DNA of 64,000 nt from an uncultured Collinsella sp. (GTDB lineage: Bacteria > Actinomycetota > Coriobacteriia > Coriobacteriales > Coriobacteriaceae): assembly GCA_902494765.1 (NCBI GenBank), contig CABUUK010000003.1:1362-65361 (forward strand), written 5' to 3'. Shown here in pieces: positions 47,270 through 57,433 of this stretch (within the stretch, counting starts at the first letter, position 1; the number at the start of each line of letters is the position of its first letter). The position numbers and the translations under genes were made by a program. Under the pieces are notes generated by a model. It was not told the DNA's origin. It worked only from the letters and a program-made list of their open reading frames with translations, and searched no databases.

Positions 47270-49864
47270 CTACTTGTCGGCAGCGGTCTTTTTGGTGGTC
47301 GACTTCTTCGCGGTCGTCTTCTTGGCGGCAGTGGCTTTCTTAGCCGTGGTCTTCTTTGCCGCCGTGGTCTTCTTTGCCGCGCTCGCCTTGGTCGCAGTCT
47401 TGCGGCCGCGGGCGGGCTTCTTCTCCTTGGTCGGGCAGTCCATGTTGACGCAGATACGCCACGGACCGCGCGCCGTGTTGACCACCACGATGGGAGCGCC
47501 GCACTCGGGACAGGTCTCGCCCGTCGCTTCGAGTTTGCCGCGCGCCGGCAGCGGATAGCTCACGCCGCAATCGTCATAGTTGGTGCAGCGGATAAAGCGC
47601 TTGCCGCTCTTCTCGCTCTTGTGTGCAATCAGATCGCCATGACGTCCGGCCTCGGCGCACACCTTGCACTCGCCCACCTTAAGGTCGGGCTCGTAGTTAG
47701 TGGGGCATGTGGGGTTCACGCAAATCTCGAAGGCCTTCTGGCGGAACGGCTGGCACTTAATGCGCGGCGCACCGCACTCGGGGCACACGGCGGCCTCGCC
47801 CTCGAGCGGGCTTACCTTGACGCCGCTCGGCACCGGATAGGTCACATCGCAGTCGGGCCAGCCCATGCAGCCGATAAAGCTGCCGCGGGTCTTGGCGCTC
47901 GTCTTCATAACCAAGTCCTTGCCGCACTTGGGGCAGGCGCCCACGCGCGCATCAGCCGTGACGGCGTCGCTGATGGCGTCTCCCAGCTCCTGCGTATGCT
48001 TGAGCAGCTCGTCGAGCACACCGGCCAGCAGCGCGCGCGAGTGCGTCACGACATGCTCTTCGGTGTCCTCGCCGCGCTCCACGCGAGTCATGTCGCCGTC
48101 GAGCTCGCTGGTCATATCGGGGCTCGTGATGCGCGGGGCAAACTGCGACAGTGCATCGATGATGGCGATACCCAGCTGACTCGGCTCCACGGGATCGTTT
48201 TTGAGGTAGCGCACGGCGTACAGGCGCTCGATGATGCTCGCACGCGTGGACTTGGTGCCCAGGCCGCGCTTTTCCATCTCCTGCACGAGCTTGCCCTGGC
48301 TGTAGCGCGCGGGCGGCTCGGTCTGTTTGGCCTCGAGCTTAATGTCGAATACGTCGACCATATCGCCCTGCTCCAGCGGCGGCATCTGCTCGTCGCGCTT
48401 AAGGCCGTACGGGTATGCCTCGCGGAAACCCGGGGTCACGAGCACATCGCCCGAAGCCACGAACGGCTCACCGTTCACATCGAGCTCGAGCTTGGTGTTC
48501 TCGATGGTCGCGGGACCCATGAGCGTCGCCAGGAAGCGGCGGGCGATGAGGTCGTAGAGCTTGCGCTGGCCGCCGTCGAGCGTGGACGGATCGCCCTCGC
48601 CCGTGGGATAGATAGGCGGGTGGTCGGTGGTCTCGACCTTGCCGCGCGTGGGCTTCATGGGACCGGCGAGCACCTTTTTGCATACGGGCGCCAGCGCCGG
48701 ATTGATCTTTGCCAGGTCGCTCACCACGGCGCCCAGATCGAGCGTCGCAGGGTACACGGTGTTGTCGACACGCGGATAGCTGATGAGACCGGCCATGTAG
48801 AGGGACTCGGCGATGCGCATCGTACGCGCAGGCGAGATGCCCTCGGCCGCGGCGGCAGCCTGCAGCGAGGTGGTCGCAAACGGCGTGGGCGGCTGCTGCT
48901 TACGCGAGCGCTTGGTCACCGCGGCAACGGTCGCCGTCGTAGCGCCGTCAACGTGGCCGTACGCTGTCTCGGCAGCATCCTTGTCGGTAAAGCGTGCCGT
49001 CTTGTGCGCAATCTTAAAGCGGTCGTCCTCGGCAGCACCCTGTGCGGCGCCCATGCCGCGGATCTGCCAATAGTCCTCGGGCACAAACGCCATGCGCTCG
49101 CGCTCGCGCTCGACCACCAGGGCAAGCGTCGGCGTCTGCACGCGGCCGGCAGAGCGCACGTTGCCAAAGCCGCCAAACTTGGCGAGCGTCAGGTAGCGCG
49201 TGAGCACCGCACCCCAAATGAGGTCGATGTGCTGACGGCTCTCGCCCGCGTCGGCCAGGTTCTGGTCGAGCGAGACGAGATTATCGAAGGCCTGCGTGAT
49301 CTCGGCCTTGGTAAACGAAGAATACTGGGCGCGGGCGACCGGCAGGTCGGGCGCAACCTCGCGCACCTTGTTGAGGGCGTCCGAACCGATCAGCTCGCCC
49401 TCGCGATCGAAGTCCGTGGCGATGATGACGCTGTCGGACTTCTTGGCAAGGTTCTTGAGCGAGCGAATGAGCTCTTTCTCGGCCGGCAACTTAATGACGG
49501 GCGCCCAGGTGAGATAGGGCAGGCTCTCGAGCTTCCAGCCCTTGATGGAGATGCCATCGGCAAGAAACGGCTTGCGCTTGGTATCGTAGGGCGGACGCGC
49601 CAGGCCATCGGGTATGTCGGCCGGCAGCATCTCGCCGTCCTCGGTGACCGAATACCAGCCCAGCTTTTTATCGAACAGCACACTGTCGCAAAAATCGGGC
49701 GCAAGGATGTGACCGGCAAGGCCGATCGTCACGCACTCCTCGCCCTTCCACTCAAAACGGTAGATGGCGGTGTTGTACACCTTGTCCTTTTTGGGCTTGC
49801 CCGTGGACAGACGCTCGGCGATCTGACGCGCGGCGTCGTTTTTCTCGGCGATGATGAGCTTCAA
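47270..49864 (-). CDS. topA: DNA topoisomerase IA
   Basis: IIAEK, ATDFDREGE, SAGRVQTPTL, LISYPR, GLGTKSTR, zinc ribbons, Lys-rich AAKKTT tail. Confidence 0.93.
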   Translation of the reverse strand: MKLIIAEKNDAARQIAERLSTGKPKKDKVYNTAIYRFEWKGEECVTIGLAGHILAPDFCDSVLFDKKLGWYSVTEDGEMLPADIPDGLARPPYDTKRKPFLADGISIKGWKLESLPYLTWAPVIKLPAEKELIRSLKNLAKKSDSVIIATDFDREGELIGSDALNKVREVAPDLPVARAQYSSFTKAEITQAFDNLVSLDQNLADAGESRQHIDLIWGAVLTRYLTLAKFGGFGNVRSAGRVQTPTLALVVERERERMAFVPEDYWQIRGMGAAQGAAEDDRFKIAHKTARFTDKDAAETAYGHVDGATTATVAAVTKRSRKQQPPTPFATTSLQAAAAAEGISPARTMRIAESLYMAGLISYPRVDNTVYPATLDLGAVVSDLAKINPALAPVCKKVLAGPMKPTRGKVETTDHPPIYPTGEGDPSTLDGGQRKLYDLIARRFLATLMGPATIENTKLELDVNGEPFVASGDVLVTPGFREAYPYGLKRDEQMPPLEQGDMVDVFDIKLEAKQTEPPARYSQGKLVQEMEKRGLGTKSTRASIIERLYAVRYLKNDPVEPSQLGIAIIDALSQFAPRITSPDMTSELDGDMTRVERGEDTEEHVVTHSRALLAGVLDELLKHTQELGDAISDAVTADARVGACPKCGKDLVMKTSAKTRGSFIGCMGWPDCDVTYPVPSGVKVSPLEGEAAVCPECGAPRIKCQPFRQKAFEICVNPTCPTNYEPDLKVGECKVCAEAGRHGDLIAHKSEKSGKRFIRCTNYDDCGVSYPLPARGKLEATGETCPECGAPIVVVNTARGPWRICVNMDCPTKEKKPARGRKTATKASAAKKTTAAKKTTAKKATAAKKTTAKKSTTKKTAADK

Positions 49865-49918
49865 AAGAGGCTCCTATCTCGTATCTCTGCGGCTACGACC
49901 GCCCGTATGGCGGCCGAC

Positions 49919-50602
49919 TTACGCCCTTGCTTGCTCAATCTGCCCGATGAGCCAATCGCACCAGGCATCCATGCCCTCGCCCTTGCGCGCGCTCACGGCA
50001 AACCGCGGCGCCTGCGGATTGAGGTCATCGAGTGTCTTAGTATACCTATCCATGTCAAAATCGAAAGCCGGGGCCACGTCAACCTTGTTGAGCAGCTGCG
50101 CGCCGGCGTGTTGGAAGATGCCCGGGTACTTGATGGGCTTGTCGTCGCCCTCGGGCACCGAGAGGATCATGATGGACAGGTTCTCGCCCAGGTCAAAGTC
50201 GACTGGGCAGACCAGGTTGCCCACATTTTCGATAAAGATGACGTCGATGTTATCGAGCCCAACGGCCTGGTCGAACGCGTCAACGGCCTCCATGATCATG
50301 TTGCCCTCGAGGTGGCACAGGCCGCCCGTGTTGATTTGGATGGCGGGCATGCCGGCTTCCTTCATGGTGATGGCGTCGACGTCCGAGGCGATGTCGCCCT
50401 CGATGACGGCGCAGCGCAAGCCGGCCTTGTCGCGCAGGCGCTCGTTGGTGCCCAGAATCGTAGTGGTCTTGCCCGAGCCGGGGCTCGACAGCACATTGAT
50501 CACATAGGTGCCTGTCTCTTTAAATCGCTGTCGCAGCTGATCTGCCAGGCGCTCATTGCGCGACAGAATTGGCGATGCGATATCAATCGTTTTCTCGGCC
50601 AT
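49919..50602 (-). CDS. hypB: Hydrogenase nickel-incorporation GTPase
   Basis: SSPGSGKT, GGLCHLE, ENVGNLVCP, EGDDKPIKYP. Confidence 0.93.
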   Translation of the reverse strand: MAEKTIDIASPILSRNERLADQLRQRFKETGTYVINVLSSPGSGKTTTILGTNERLRDKAGLRCAVIEGDIASDVDAITMKEAGMPAIQINTGGLCHLEGNMIMEAVDAFDQAVGLDNIDVIFIENVGNLVCPVDFDLGENLSIMILSVPEGDDKPIKYPGIFQHAGAQLLNKVDVAPAFDFDMDRYTKTLDDLNPQAPRFAVSARKGEGMDAWCDWLIGQIEQARA

Positions 50603-50656
50603 ACTCGGCGCTCCTTACTTCTACCATTTATACCCCGTCCCCAGGTTGCTGGCGGG

Positions 50657-51013
50657 CTAATCGTCGGGGGTCTCGATCTCGATACTGGCGATGTCGAGCT
50701 CGCGGCCGTGCAGCAGACGCACGTTGGCGCCGCCACACTGGGGACAGCGGCAATGGAAGCGGTCGTGCTCAAAGACCTCGTCGCAGTCCAGGCACTCGCT
50801 TTGTGGATGGACTTCCTCCACAGCAAGCTCGCAGCCGCGCGTGAGCGGGTCCTCGTCGCGAAACGTCTCCCAGGCAAAGTCGAGCGCCTCGCGCACGACC
50901 TCGGTCATATCCCCGATACGCAGCGTCACCAAAACGGCGCGCGAGGCCCCCGCCCCACGCGCCGCGCGAATCACTGTATCGAGTATGCCGTTGACAATGC
51001 CAACTTCGTGCAT
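50657..51013 (-). CDS. hypA: Hydrogenase nickel metallochaperone
   Basis: MHE start, CLDC, CPQCG, GRELDI.SIEIE. Confidence 0.93.
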   Translation of the reverse strand: MHEVGIVNGILDTVIRAARGAGASRAVLVTLRIGDMTEVVREALDFAWETFRDEDPLTRGCELAVEEVHPQSECLDCDEVFEHDRFHCRCPQCGGANVRLLHGRELDIASIEIETPDD

Positions 51014-51019
51014 ACCGTT

Positions 51020-51811
51020 TTACTCCTCGTCGTCCTCGTCGTCCGAGAACAGGTCCAGACGGCTCACAAACAAGCCCTCCTTGCCCTCGCGCGCGGTAAT
51101 GACCACACGGGCGATGGCGAGCGAAATCTCGTAGAGCGAGAGCAGGGCGCCATACATGAGACCCAGCGTAACGGGCGAGCCGTCGGGCGTGATCACAGCC
51201 GAACCCACGAGCAGGCCAACGTATACATAACGCCAGGCACCGCGGAAAGCAGCGTAGGACACGATGTGGAAGACGGACAGATAGAAGATGATGAGCGGCA
51301 GCTCAAACGCCACGCCAAAGCCGATCATAAAGAGCAGCTCCATGTTGACGTAGTTCTCCAGATCGGGCAGTGCCGTAGCGACGGCCGAGGTCTCGCCGAT
51401 GAGCCACTCAAAGCCCGCAGGAATGATGATGAAGTAGCAGAAGATGGCACCCAGGAAGAACAGCACCGTCGAGGCGAGCACCGTGGGCACGACCCACTTG
51501 CGCTCGTTGGGGCGAAGCGCCGGCAGGAAAAACGCCAGAATCTGCCAGATGATCATGGGCGTGCACATGACCACGGCCATCTTGATGGCCAGCGAGAAGC
51601 GCAAGCCAAAGCCGCCGAGCGTGGTAGTGATGTAGAACTTACCGTCCGGCACAAAGGAGCGGATGGGATCTTCCAGGATGTCGAGCACCACAGGCGTGGC
51701 GAAATACAGCACGATAGCGGCGGCGAACACCGACACGACCACGATGGTCAGGCGGCGACGGAGCTCTCCCAGGTGATCGAAGAGCGGCATACGCGCAGGT
51801 CCGATAGGCAT
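51020..51811 (-). CDS. tatC: Twin-arginine translocase TatC
   Basis: HLGELRRRL, FFLPALRPNE, FELP, ITPD, LYE. Confidence 0.93.
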   Translation of the reverse strand: MPIGPARMPLFDHLGELRRRLTIVVVSVFAAAIVLYFATPVVLDILEDPIRSFVPDGKFYITTTLGGFGLRFSLAIKMAVVMCTPMIIWQILAFFLPALRPNERKWVVPTVLASTVLFFLGAIFCYFIIIPAGFEWLIGETSAVATALPDLENYVNMELLFMIGFGVAFELPLIIFYLSVFHIVSYAAFRGAWRYVYVGLLVGSAVITPDGSPVTLGLMYGALLSLYEISLAIARVVITAREGKEGLFVSRLDLFSDDEDDEE

Positions 51812-52389
51812 TACTCATCGCCTCCCTTCGGGGCGTCGGCGGCAGCGGCGTCGTCCTCGGCCTCGAGCTCGCGAGCGAGCTGGTCGACGACAGCCTTGCG
51901 CTTACGGGGACGACGGGCGTAGAGGTCAGCCGTCGTGGGCTCTGCCGGCTCGGGCTCGGGCTCCGGCTCTGCAGCAGGCTCGGGCTCGGCTGCGGCAGCA
52001 GCAGGCTCGGCCTTGGCGGGCTCGGCCTCACCAGCAGCGCCTTCGTCCTCGGTGGCACCCTCGCTCGCGGCCTTCTCGGCGGCAAGGCGGGCACGGCGCT
52101 CGGCAAAGGTCTCCTTCTTTGCGGGCGCAGCCGTCTCGACGGTATCCTCGTCCGCATCGGAATCATCATCGACGGCAGCCTTCTTGGGCTTGACCGGGGC
52201 CGACGCGGCTTCGCTTACCGGATCGATGATCTCGGACTGAACAACGGCCGTCATCTTTTCCTGCGTCTCGCGGAACTGACGGATGGCACGGCCGATCGTG
52301 CGGCCCATCTGCGGGAGCTTATCCGGGCCAAACAGCAAAAAGCCGAAGACCACGATGATTGCCAGCTCACCCTCTCCAATACCAAACAC
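51811..52389 (-). CDS. tatB: Twin-arginine translocase TatA/TatB
   Basis: GTG start MFGIGEGEL, FGPDKLP..GR.IG..IRQF, long acidic tail. Confidence 0.85.
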   Translation of the reverse strand: MFGIGEGELAIIVVFGFLLFGPDKLPQMGRTIGRAIRQFRETQEKMTAVVQSEIIDPVSEAASAPVKPKKAAVDDDSDADEDTVETAAPAKKETFAERRARLAAEKAASEGATEDEGAAGEAEPAKAEPAAAAAEPEPAAEPEPEPEPAEPTTADLYARRPRKRKAVVDQLARELEAEDDAAAADAPKGGDE

Positions 52390-52542
52390 ACATACCTCCA
52401 AGGCTCGATGTGAGTCGAGCCCGCACCGCGCCATTCGGCCGGAACTCGTCTATTCATTCGGTCAAGTATAGCGCCCGGACGCCAAAACGTCCGAGCGCAT
52501 CACAAACATATGCCAAACGGCACGCCCTTTTGGGGGCAAAGA

Positions 52543-52857
52543 TTATGCCGCCGTGATCGAAATCTCCTGGTCGACGCCCAGCAGCTGAACCACGCGCATC
52601 ACCTGGGGCTGCACATTAGTGCAGCTAAAGCGCTTACCGTGGTCGACCGCGTGGTGCGCGGCGCCCACGAGCACGCCAATGCCCGTCGAATCGATGTAGC
52701 TCACCTGGGCAAAATCGAGCTCAACGGCCTCAGTGGGCTGCTCGAGCGCCAGGTCGATAGCATTGCGCAGGCTATCGGCGTTAGAGATATCGATCTCGCC
52801 GGTTACCTTAATGGTGTAGATCTCCGGCGTGGGGTTGGTGGAAATACCCAAATCCAT
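52543..52857 (-). CDS. STAS-domain anti-sigma factor antagonist
   Basis: GEIDIS, YIDSTGIGVL. Confidence 0.88.
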   Translation of the reverse strand: MDLGISTNPTPEIYTIKVTGEIDISNADSLRNAIDLALEQPTEAVELDFAQVSYIDSTGIGVLVGAAHHAVDHGKRFSCTNVQPQVMRVVQLLGVDQEISITAA

Positions 52858-52923
52858 GTATACGCTCCTTTACGTATCGAAAGTGCGGATAGTACTGGGC
52901 GCGGACTTACGGGGCCCTAGGCG

Positions 52924-54228
52924 TTAGGCGCGCTCGGCACGAGCAAGCTCGGCAGCGACAAGCTTAACGGCCAGCACCAGCACGTCGAGCGCGGCCTCCA
53001 GGTCATCGACCGTGGGATAGCTCGGCGCGATGCGGATGTTGGTGTCGCGCGGATCCTTGCCATAAGGCCAGGTAGCACCAGCCGGCGTAAGCTTGACGCC
53101 CAGGTCGGCACAAAGCGCTGCGACCTTTTGGGCCGAGCCCTCGGGACCATCAAAGCTCACAAAGTAGCCGCCGCGGGGATGCGTCCAAGTGGCGCAACCC
53201 GTATCGCCCAGGCCCTCGGTGAGCTTACGCTCAACGGCCTCAAAGCGCGGGCGCAGGAACTCGGCATGCTTTTTCATGTGCTCCTTGACCGCCTCGATGG
53301 TGGGAAGGAAGCGCACGTGGCGCAGCTGGTTGAGCTTGTCGGCGCTGATGAGGCCGGCCTTCAGGCGCTTGGAGAACTCGGCGATGACCGCGGGGCTCGC
53401 ACCGATGAAGCCGATGCCGGCGCCCGGGAAGGTAATCTTGGACGTCGAGGCAAAAGCCACCACGCGGTCCTCGGTGCCCGCCGCGCGAGCGAGGTCGAAG
53501 ATATTGGCGAGCTCGTCGGTCTCGTCGTACAGGTCGTGCACGCAGTAGGCGTTGTCCCAGAAGATGCGGAAATCGGGCGCGGCCGTGGGCATCTCGACCA
53601 GGCGACGCACGGTGTCCTCGCTAAAGGTGATGCCCGTGGGGTTGGAATACTTGGGCACGCACCAGATGCCCTTGATGGAGTCGTCGGCGGCAACCAGACG
53701 CTCGACCTCGTCCATGTCGGGGCCGTTGTCGGTCATCGCGACGGGGACATTCTCGATACCCAGGTCGGCGGTGATGCCAAAGTGACGGTCGTAGCCGGGA
53801 ACAGGGCACAGGAACTTGACTTTCTTGCCGTCGTGCGCGGCCTCGTAAGCCTCCCAAGGCTCGCTGCCGCACGAACCGCAGCGCCAAAACATGCCGGCGA
53901 TATCGTGCTCGATCAGAAGGCTCGACGAACCCAGTACGAGCGTCTGCTCGGCAGGGCAACCCAGGAACTCCCCCGCCAGCTTGCGTGCCGAGGGAATGCC
54001 CTCAAAGCAACCGTAGTTTGAGCAGTCGACGTTGCCGTCGTGCAGATCGGCATCGGCATTGAGGATATCGAGCATGGGTCGAGAGATGTCCACCTGGGAG
54101 GGCGACGGCTTGCCGCGGGCCATGTCGAGCGCCAGGCCCTTGGCCTTGACCTCGGCGACCTCGGCTTTGAGCGCCTCGATGGCGGCATCGAGTTCGGTGG
54201 TTTCCATCTTCTGGTAGATCGTCTGCAT
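52924..54228 (-). CDS. PLP-dependent aminotransferase (actinobacterial aspartate aminotransferase type)
   Basis: LDMARGKP, PGYDRHF, PKYSNPTG, WDNAY, STSKITFPG, RIAPS. Confidence 0.88.
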   Translation of the reverse strand: MQTIYQKMETTELDAAIEALKAEVAEVKAKGLALDMARGKPSPSQVDISRPMLDILNADADLHDGNVDCSNYGCFEGIPSARKLAGEFLGCPAEQTLVLGSSSLLIEHDIAGMFWRCGSCGSEPWEAYEAAHDGKKVKFLCPVPGYDRHFGITADLGIENVPVAMTDNGPDMDEVERLVAADDSIKGIWCVPKYSNPTGITFSEDTVRRLVEMPTAAPDFRIFWDNAYCVHDLYDETDELANIFDLARAAGTEDRVVAFASTSKITFPGAGIGFIGASPAVIAEFSKRLKAGLISADKLNQLRHVRFLPTIEAVKEHMKKHAEFLRPRFEAVERKLTEGLGDTGCATWTHPRGGYFVSFDGPEGSAQKVAALCADLGVKLTPAGATWPYGKDPRDTNIRIAPSYPTVDDLEAALDVLVLAVKLVAAELARAERA

Positions 54229-54377
54229 GGGTGCGACCTTTCGCGAAGCGGGACGTTGCAGTTCGTCTAAGTATAGACCGCCACCGCCGCAACGGCATGA
54301 AGCCGTGATAGATTAAGTTCATCGCAATGAATTATGAATCGCCGCGCATGCCGGCGTGGGGCGCCCAAGGAGGCACT

Positions 54378-54632
54378 ATGGAATACGGATCGTTCCAGGC
54401 CGAGGAATTCGGCGACCTGCAGCGCCTGGTCGACGGGCTGTTTTACGACCGCCGCGCCATCGACCGCCTGGATCTCATCGTACAGGCCGAGATCTTGGAC
54501 CTGGCGCCCGATCTCATGGAAATCGTCAACCTGCTACCGCCCGGCTATTACGACCGCCAGTCACTTTGCGACCAGCTCAACTCCGCCTTGGCCGCCCACG
54601 GCTGGGGCGCCGTCTACGGCACCGTGGAATAA
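54378..54632 (+). CDS. Small hypothetical protein
   Basis: RBS AAGGAGG, host-like codon usage, 84 aa. Confidence 0.65.
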   Translation: MEYGSFQAEEFGDLQRLVDGLFYDRRAIDRLDLIVQAEILDLAPDLMEIVNLLPPGYYDRQSLCDQLNSALAAHGWGAVYGTVE

Positions 54633-54634
54633 AC

Positions 54635-54665
54635 CTAGTCATTTAAGAACGTCCCCATTGACTAA
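54635..54665. repeat. CTAG-bounded REP-like repeat
   Basis: CTAGTCATTTAAGAACGTCCCCATTGACTAA, 2 mismatches to 19376-19406. Confidence 0.85.
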
Positions 54666-54718
54666 AACGCCGCTTGTGATGGTGTCCACAGGCGGCGTTT
54701 TCAAACTTGTATATGCTT

Positions 54719-56077
54719 TTACTTGTCTTTGGGCGCGGGGTGTTTGCAGACCACGCTCATGTAGATCATACCGAGCACGGCAGCGGTGACCGAACCGGCA
54801 AGGATGGCGGCCTTGGCGGCCAGGACCTCAAACTGGGCCGTCGGGAAGGCAAGGCCGCTGATGAGGATCGACATGGTGAAGCCGATGCCGCCCAGAATGC
54901 CCACACCGGCAATCATGTGCCAGTTGACATTGTGCGGCAGCTCGCAGACCCTAAACTTAACCAGGGCAAACGTCATGCCAAAGATACCAATCGGCTTGCC
55001 CAGCAGCATGCCAAAGTACACGCCGAGCGTCACCGGATCGGTGAGCAGCGTGCTCATGTCCACGCCCACTAGGCGAACCTGTGCGTTCACGAACGCAAAG
55101 ATCGGCAGAATCACAAAGTTGACCGGCGTGGAGATCAGACGCTCCATGCGGATGAGCGGCGGGGTCACGCGGTGCATGACGCGCTCGACCCTGGTGGTCG
55201 AGACGGTAAAGTCATGCTGGCCCAAGATGTGCGCCTCGTCGTCGTAGCGGTCATCGAGCAGCGGCAGGCACTCGCCCAACCAATCGGTGAGGCTATCGAG
55301 CTTGACGCCGCACTTGGCCGGGATGGTAAAGGCCAAGATGACGCCGGCAAGCGTGGCATGTACGCCGCTCTTGAACATGCAGAACCACAACAGCAGACCC
55401 AGTACCGAATACGGGGCAAGGCGGTAATGCTGCGTCTTGTTGAGCCACACGAGCGCGCAGGTCACAAGCGCAGCGGCGCCCAACCAAAACGGATTGGGGC
55501 TCTGACCGTAGAAGATGGCGATGGCGGCGATGGAGATAAGGTCGTCGGCGATGGCGAGCGTCGAGAAGAACACGCGCACGCCGTTGGGCACGCGGTTGCC
55601 CAAAAGCGACAGCACGCCCAGCGCAAAGGCAATATCGGTTGCCATGGGGATGGCCCAACCGTTGCGGGCGCCGGTATGGTTAAAGATCAGGTAGATGCAG
55701 GCGGGAACGACGACGCCGCCCACGGCCGCCAGCATGGGAAGCATGGCCTGACGCGGATTCTTGAGCTCGCCGACCGTCATCTCGTACTTAAGCTCAATGC
55801 CCACCAACAAAAAGAAAATCGCCATGAGGAAGTCGTTGACGAAAAGCTCAACGGTAAGACCGGCCGTAAGGTTGCCCAGACCCACATACAGCGGGGTCTC
55901 CAAAAAGTGATGGATGGCCTCGTAGGCATCGGTATTGGCGCAAATGACGGCGGCGATGGCGGCGATGACCATAACCGCGGCGGAAATCGTGCCGTTCTCG
56001 GCGATGCGCTCCCAAATGTCGTGGCGTTCAAAGCGCTTGCGCTCACGGACGTTGAACAGCTGCTCGGTTGCTGCCAT
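54719..56077 (-). CDS. nhaA: Na+/H+ antiporter
   Basis: VNDFLMAIFF, GWAIPMATDIAF, LAIADD, GVHATLAG, GKPIGI, GIGFTMS. Confidence 0.95.
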   Translation of the reverse strand: MAATEQLFNVRERKRFERHDIWERIAENGTISAAVMVIAAIAAVICANTDAYEAIHHFLETPLYVGLGNLTAGLTVELFVNDFLMAIFFLLVGIELKYEMTVGELKNPRQAMLPMLAAVGGVVVPACIYLIFNHTGARNGWAIPMATDIAFALGVLSLLGNRVPNGVRVFFSTLAIADDLISIAAIAIFYGQSPNPFWLGAAALVTCALVWLNKTQHYRLAPYSVLGLLLWFCMFKSGVHATLAGVILAFTIPAKCGVKLDSLTDWLGECLPLLDDRYDDEAHILGQHDFTVSTTRVERVMHRVTPPLIRMERLISTPVNFVILPIFAFVNAQVRLVGVDMSTLLTDPVTLGVYFGMLLGKPIGIFGMTFALVKFRVCELPHNVNWHMIAGVGILGGIGFTMSILISGLAFPTAQFEVLAAKAAILAGSVTAAVLGMIYMSVVCKHPAPKDK

Positions 56078-56110
56078 GGGCGGCTCCTTTCACGGGAAAG
56101 CTCCCGTCTT

Positions 56111-56180
56111 AAAAAAGCACGGCCCGCCCAAGTGGCGGCGCCGCGCTCTAACGTATTACGCTTGCATCTAGCCTACCCTG
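56111..56180 (-). promoter_or_regulatory. Leader terminator / candidate cation riboswitch upstream of nhaA
   Basis: GCGCGGC-G-CCGCC-ACTTG-GGCGG-GCCGTGC-TTTTTT ending about 35 nt before the nhaA start, downstream of the separate ppaC terminator. Confidence 0.55.
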
Positions 56181-56283
56181 CACGACAAGCACGCAGGCGT
56201 GGCCGAAAAGCGGAACCACAGGTTGAACATTATTTGCTCAACGGCACGGGCACGCCTGTCCAAGAGACGACGCGGCGCATGCA

Positions 56284-56324
56284 CAAAAAACGACCGGAGC
56301 GCGGGGCGTCCGCGATCCGGTCGT
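56284..56324 (-). terminator. Terminator after ppaC
   Basis: ACGACCGGA...TCCGGTCGT stem with a minus-strand T-run. Confidence 0.75.
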
Positions 56325-56343
56325 GGCGTTCGGTCAACTAAAC

Positions 56344-57267
56344 CTAGCAGGCGGCCATGATGGGGGCAGCGACCTGCTTCTTACGGGAGAGGACGCCCGG
56401 CATCCAGACGCCGTCGTGCTCGTCGGCAATGCCCAGGCCCTTCTGAGCAGCCTCGGTCTCGCCCTCGAGCAGGACCTGCGAGCCCTCCTCCATGATATCG
56501 GTGATGCACAGGACAATGCCGTCAGCACCCTTCTCGGCGGCGTAGGCGCGCATGGCCTCGCGGATCTCGTCAATCATGCCGAGTGCGCGGGTCTTGTCGA
56601 CAGTCTCGTACTGGCCGATGAGCAGCTTCTTGCCGGCGGGCTCGAACATCTTGATGTCGTTGCCGACCATCTCGGCTGCGGTGAAGGAGCCGGACGGACG
56701 GGTAAGGAAGACCTCCATGCCAAACTTGACCGGGTCGACGCCCACCTGCTCGCCGAGCTTGGCGGCGACGGCGCGGTCGACATCGGTGGTGGTGGGGCTC
56801 TTGAGCATGAGCGTGTCGGTCATCATGGCCGAGAGCAGCAGCTTGGCCTGGACATCGGAAAGCTCAACGCCGAGCACGCCGGCGAGCTTGGTGACGATGG
56901 TGCAGCTGGAGCCCCAGGGCAGGCAGATGTAGTGCAGCGGGCCGGCGGTCTCGAAGTCGCCGATGCGGTGATGGTCGACAACACCAAAGACCGTGGCGTC
57001 CTTAAGGCCGGCGACGGACTGGGCGGACTCGTTGTGGTCGGTGAGGACGACGAGCTGACCGGCCTCGACGGACTCGATCACGCGGGGCTCGGCAATGCCG
57101 GCATCGGCGAGCAGCTTGGCGGACTCGGCCGGAAGCTGGCCCAGAGCGCAAGCCTCGTAGGTGTTGCCGGCATACTCAACCTGGTTGAGCAGCTGGGACA
57201 GGACGACGGCACTCATGATGGCGTCGTTATCGGGGTTCTGGTGACCAAAGACAAGAACGTTTGCCAT
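56344..57267 (-). CDS. ppaC: Mn-dependent inorganic pyrophosphatase (family II)
   Basis: GHQNPDND, DHNE, DHHRI, KSPTTT, SRKKQV. Confidence 0.94.
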   Translation of the reverse strand: MANVLVFGHQNPDNDAIMSAVVLSQLLNQVEYAGNTYEACALGQLPAESAKLLADAGIAEPRVIESVEAGQLVVLTDHNESAQSVAGLKDATVFGVVDHHRIGDFETAGPLHYICLPWGSSCTIVTKLAGVLGVELSDVQAKLLLSAMMTDTLMLKSPTTTDVDRAVAAKLGEQVGVDPVKFGMEVFLTRPSGSFTAAEMVGNDIKMFEPAGKKLLIGQYETVDKTRALGMIDEIREAMRAYAAEKGADGIVLCITDIMEEGSQVLLEGETEAAQKGLGIADEHDGVWMPGVLSRKKQVAAPIMAAC

Positions 57268-57433
57268 GGATATCCTCCACTTGATATGTGTACTTGGACG
57301 TAGCTATGGTAGCACGCTGGCGCCGAGCCTTCGCAGACGGAAGGGGCACGGCATATTTTGGGGCAGGCATGGGGGCCAAGTCTGTCCCTTTTGCACCGTG
57401 TTGGTGCAAAGCAACTTGACCCCCTTGCAGCAG

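Noticed and set aside
47285..47400. Short tandem repeats at the end of topA
   Set aside because: Encode the Lys/Ala/Thr-rich tail known in actinobacterial TopA; not an independent DNA element.
47222..51922. 1566-aa plus-strand ORF
   Set aside because: Antisense shadow of topA, hypB, hypA and tatC in high-GC DNA; no recognisable domain.
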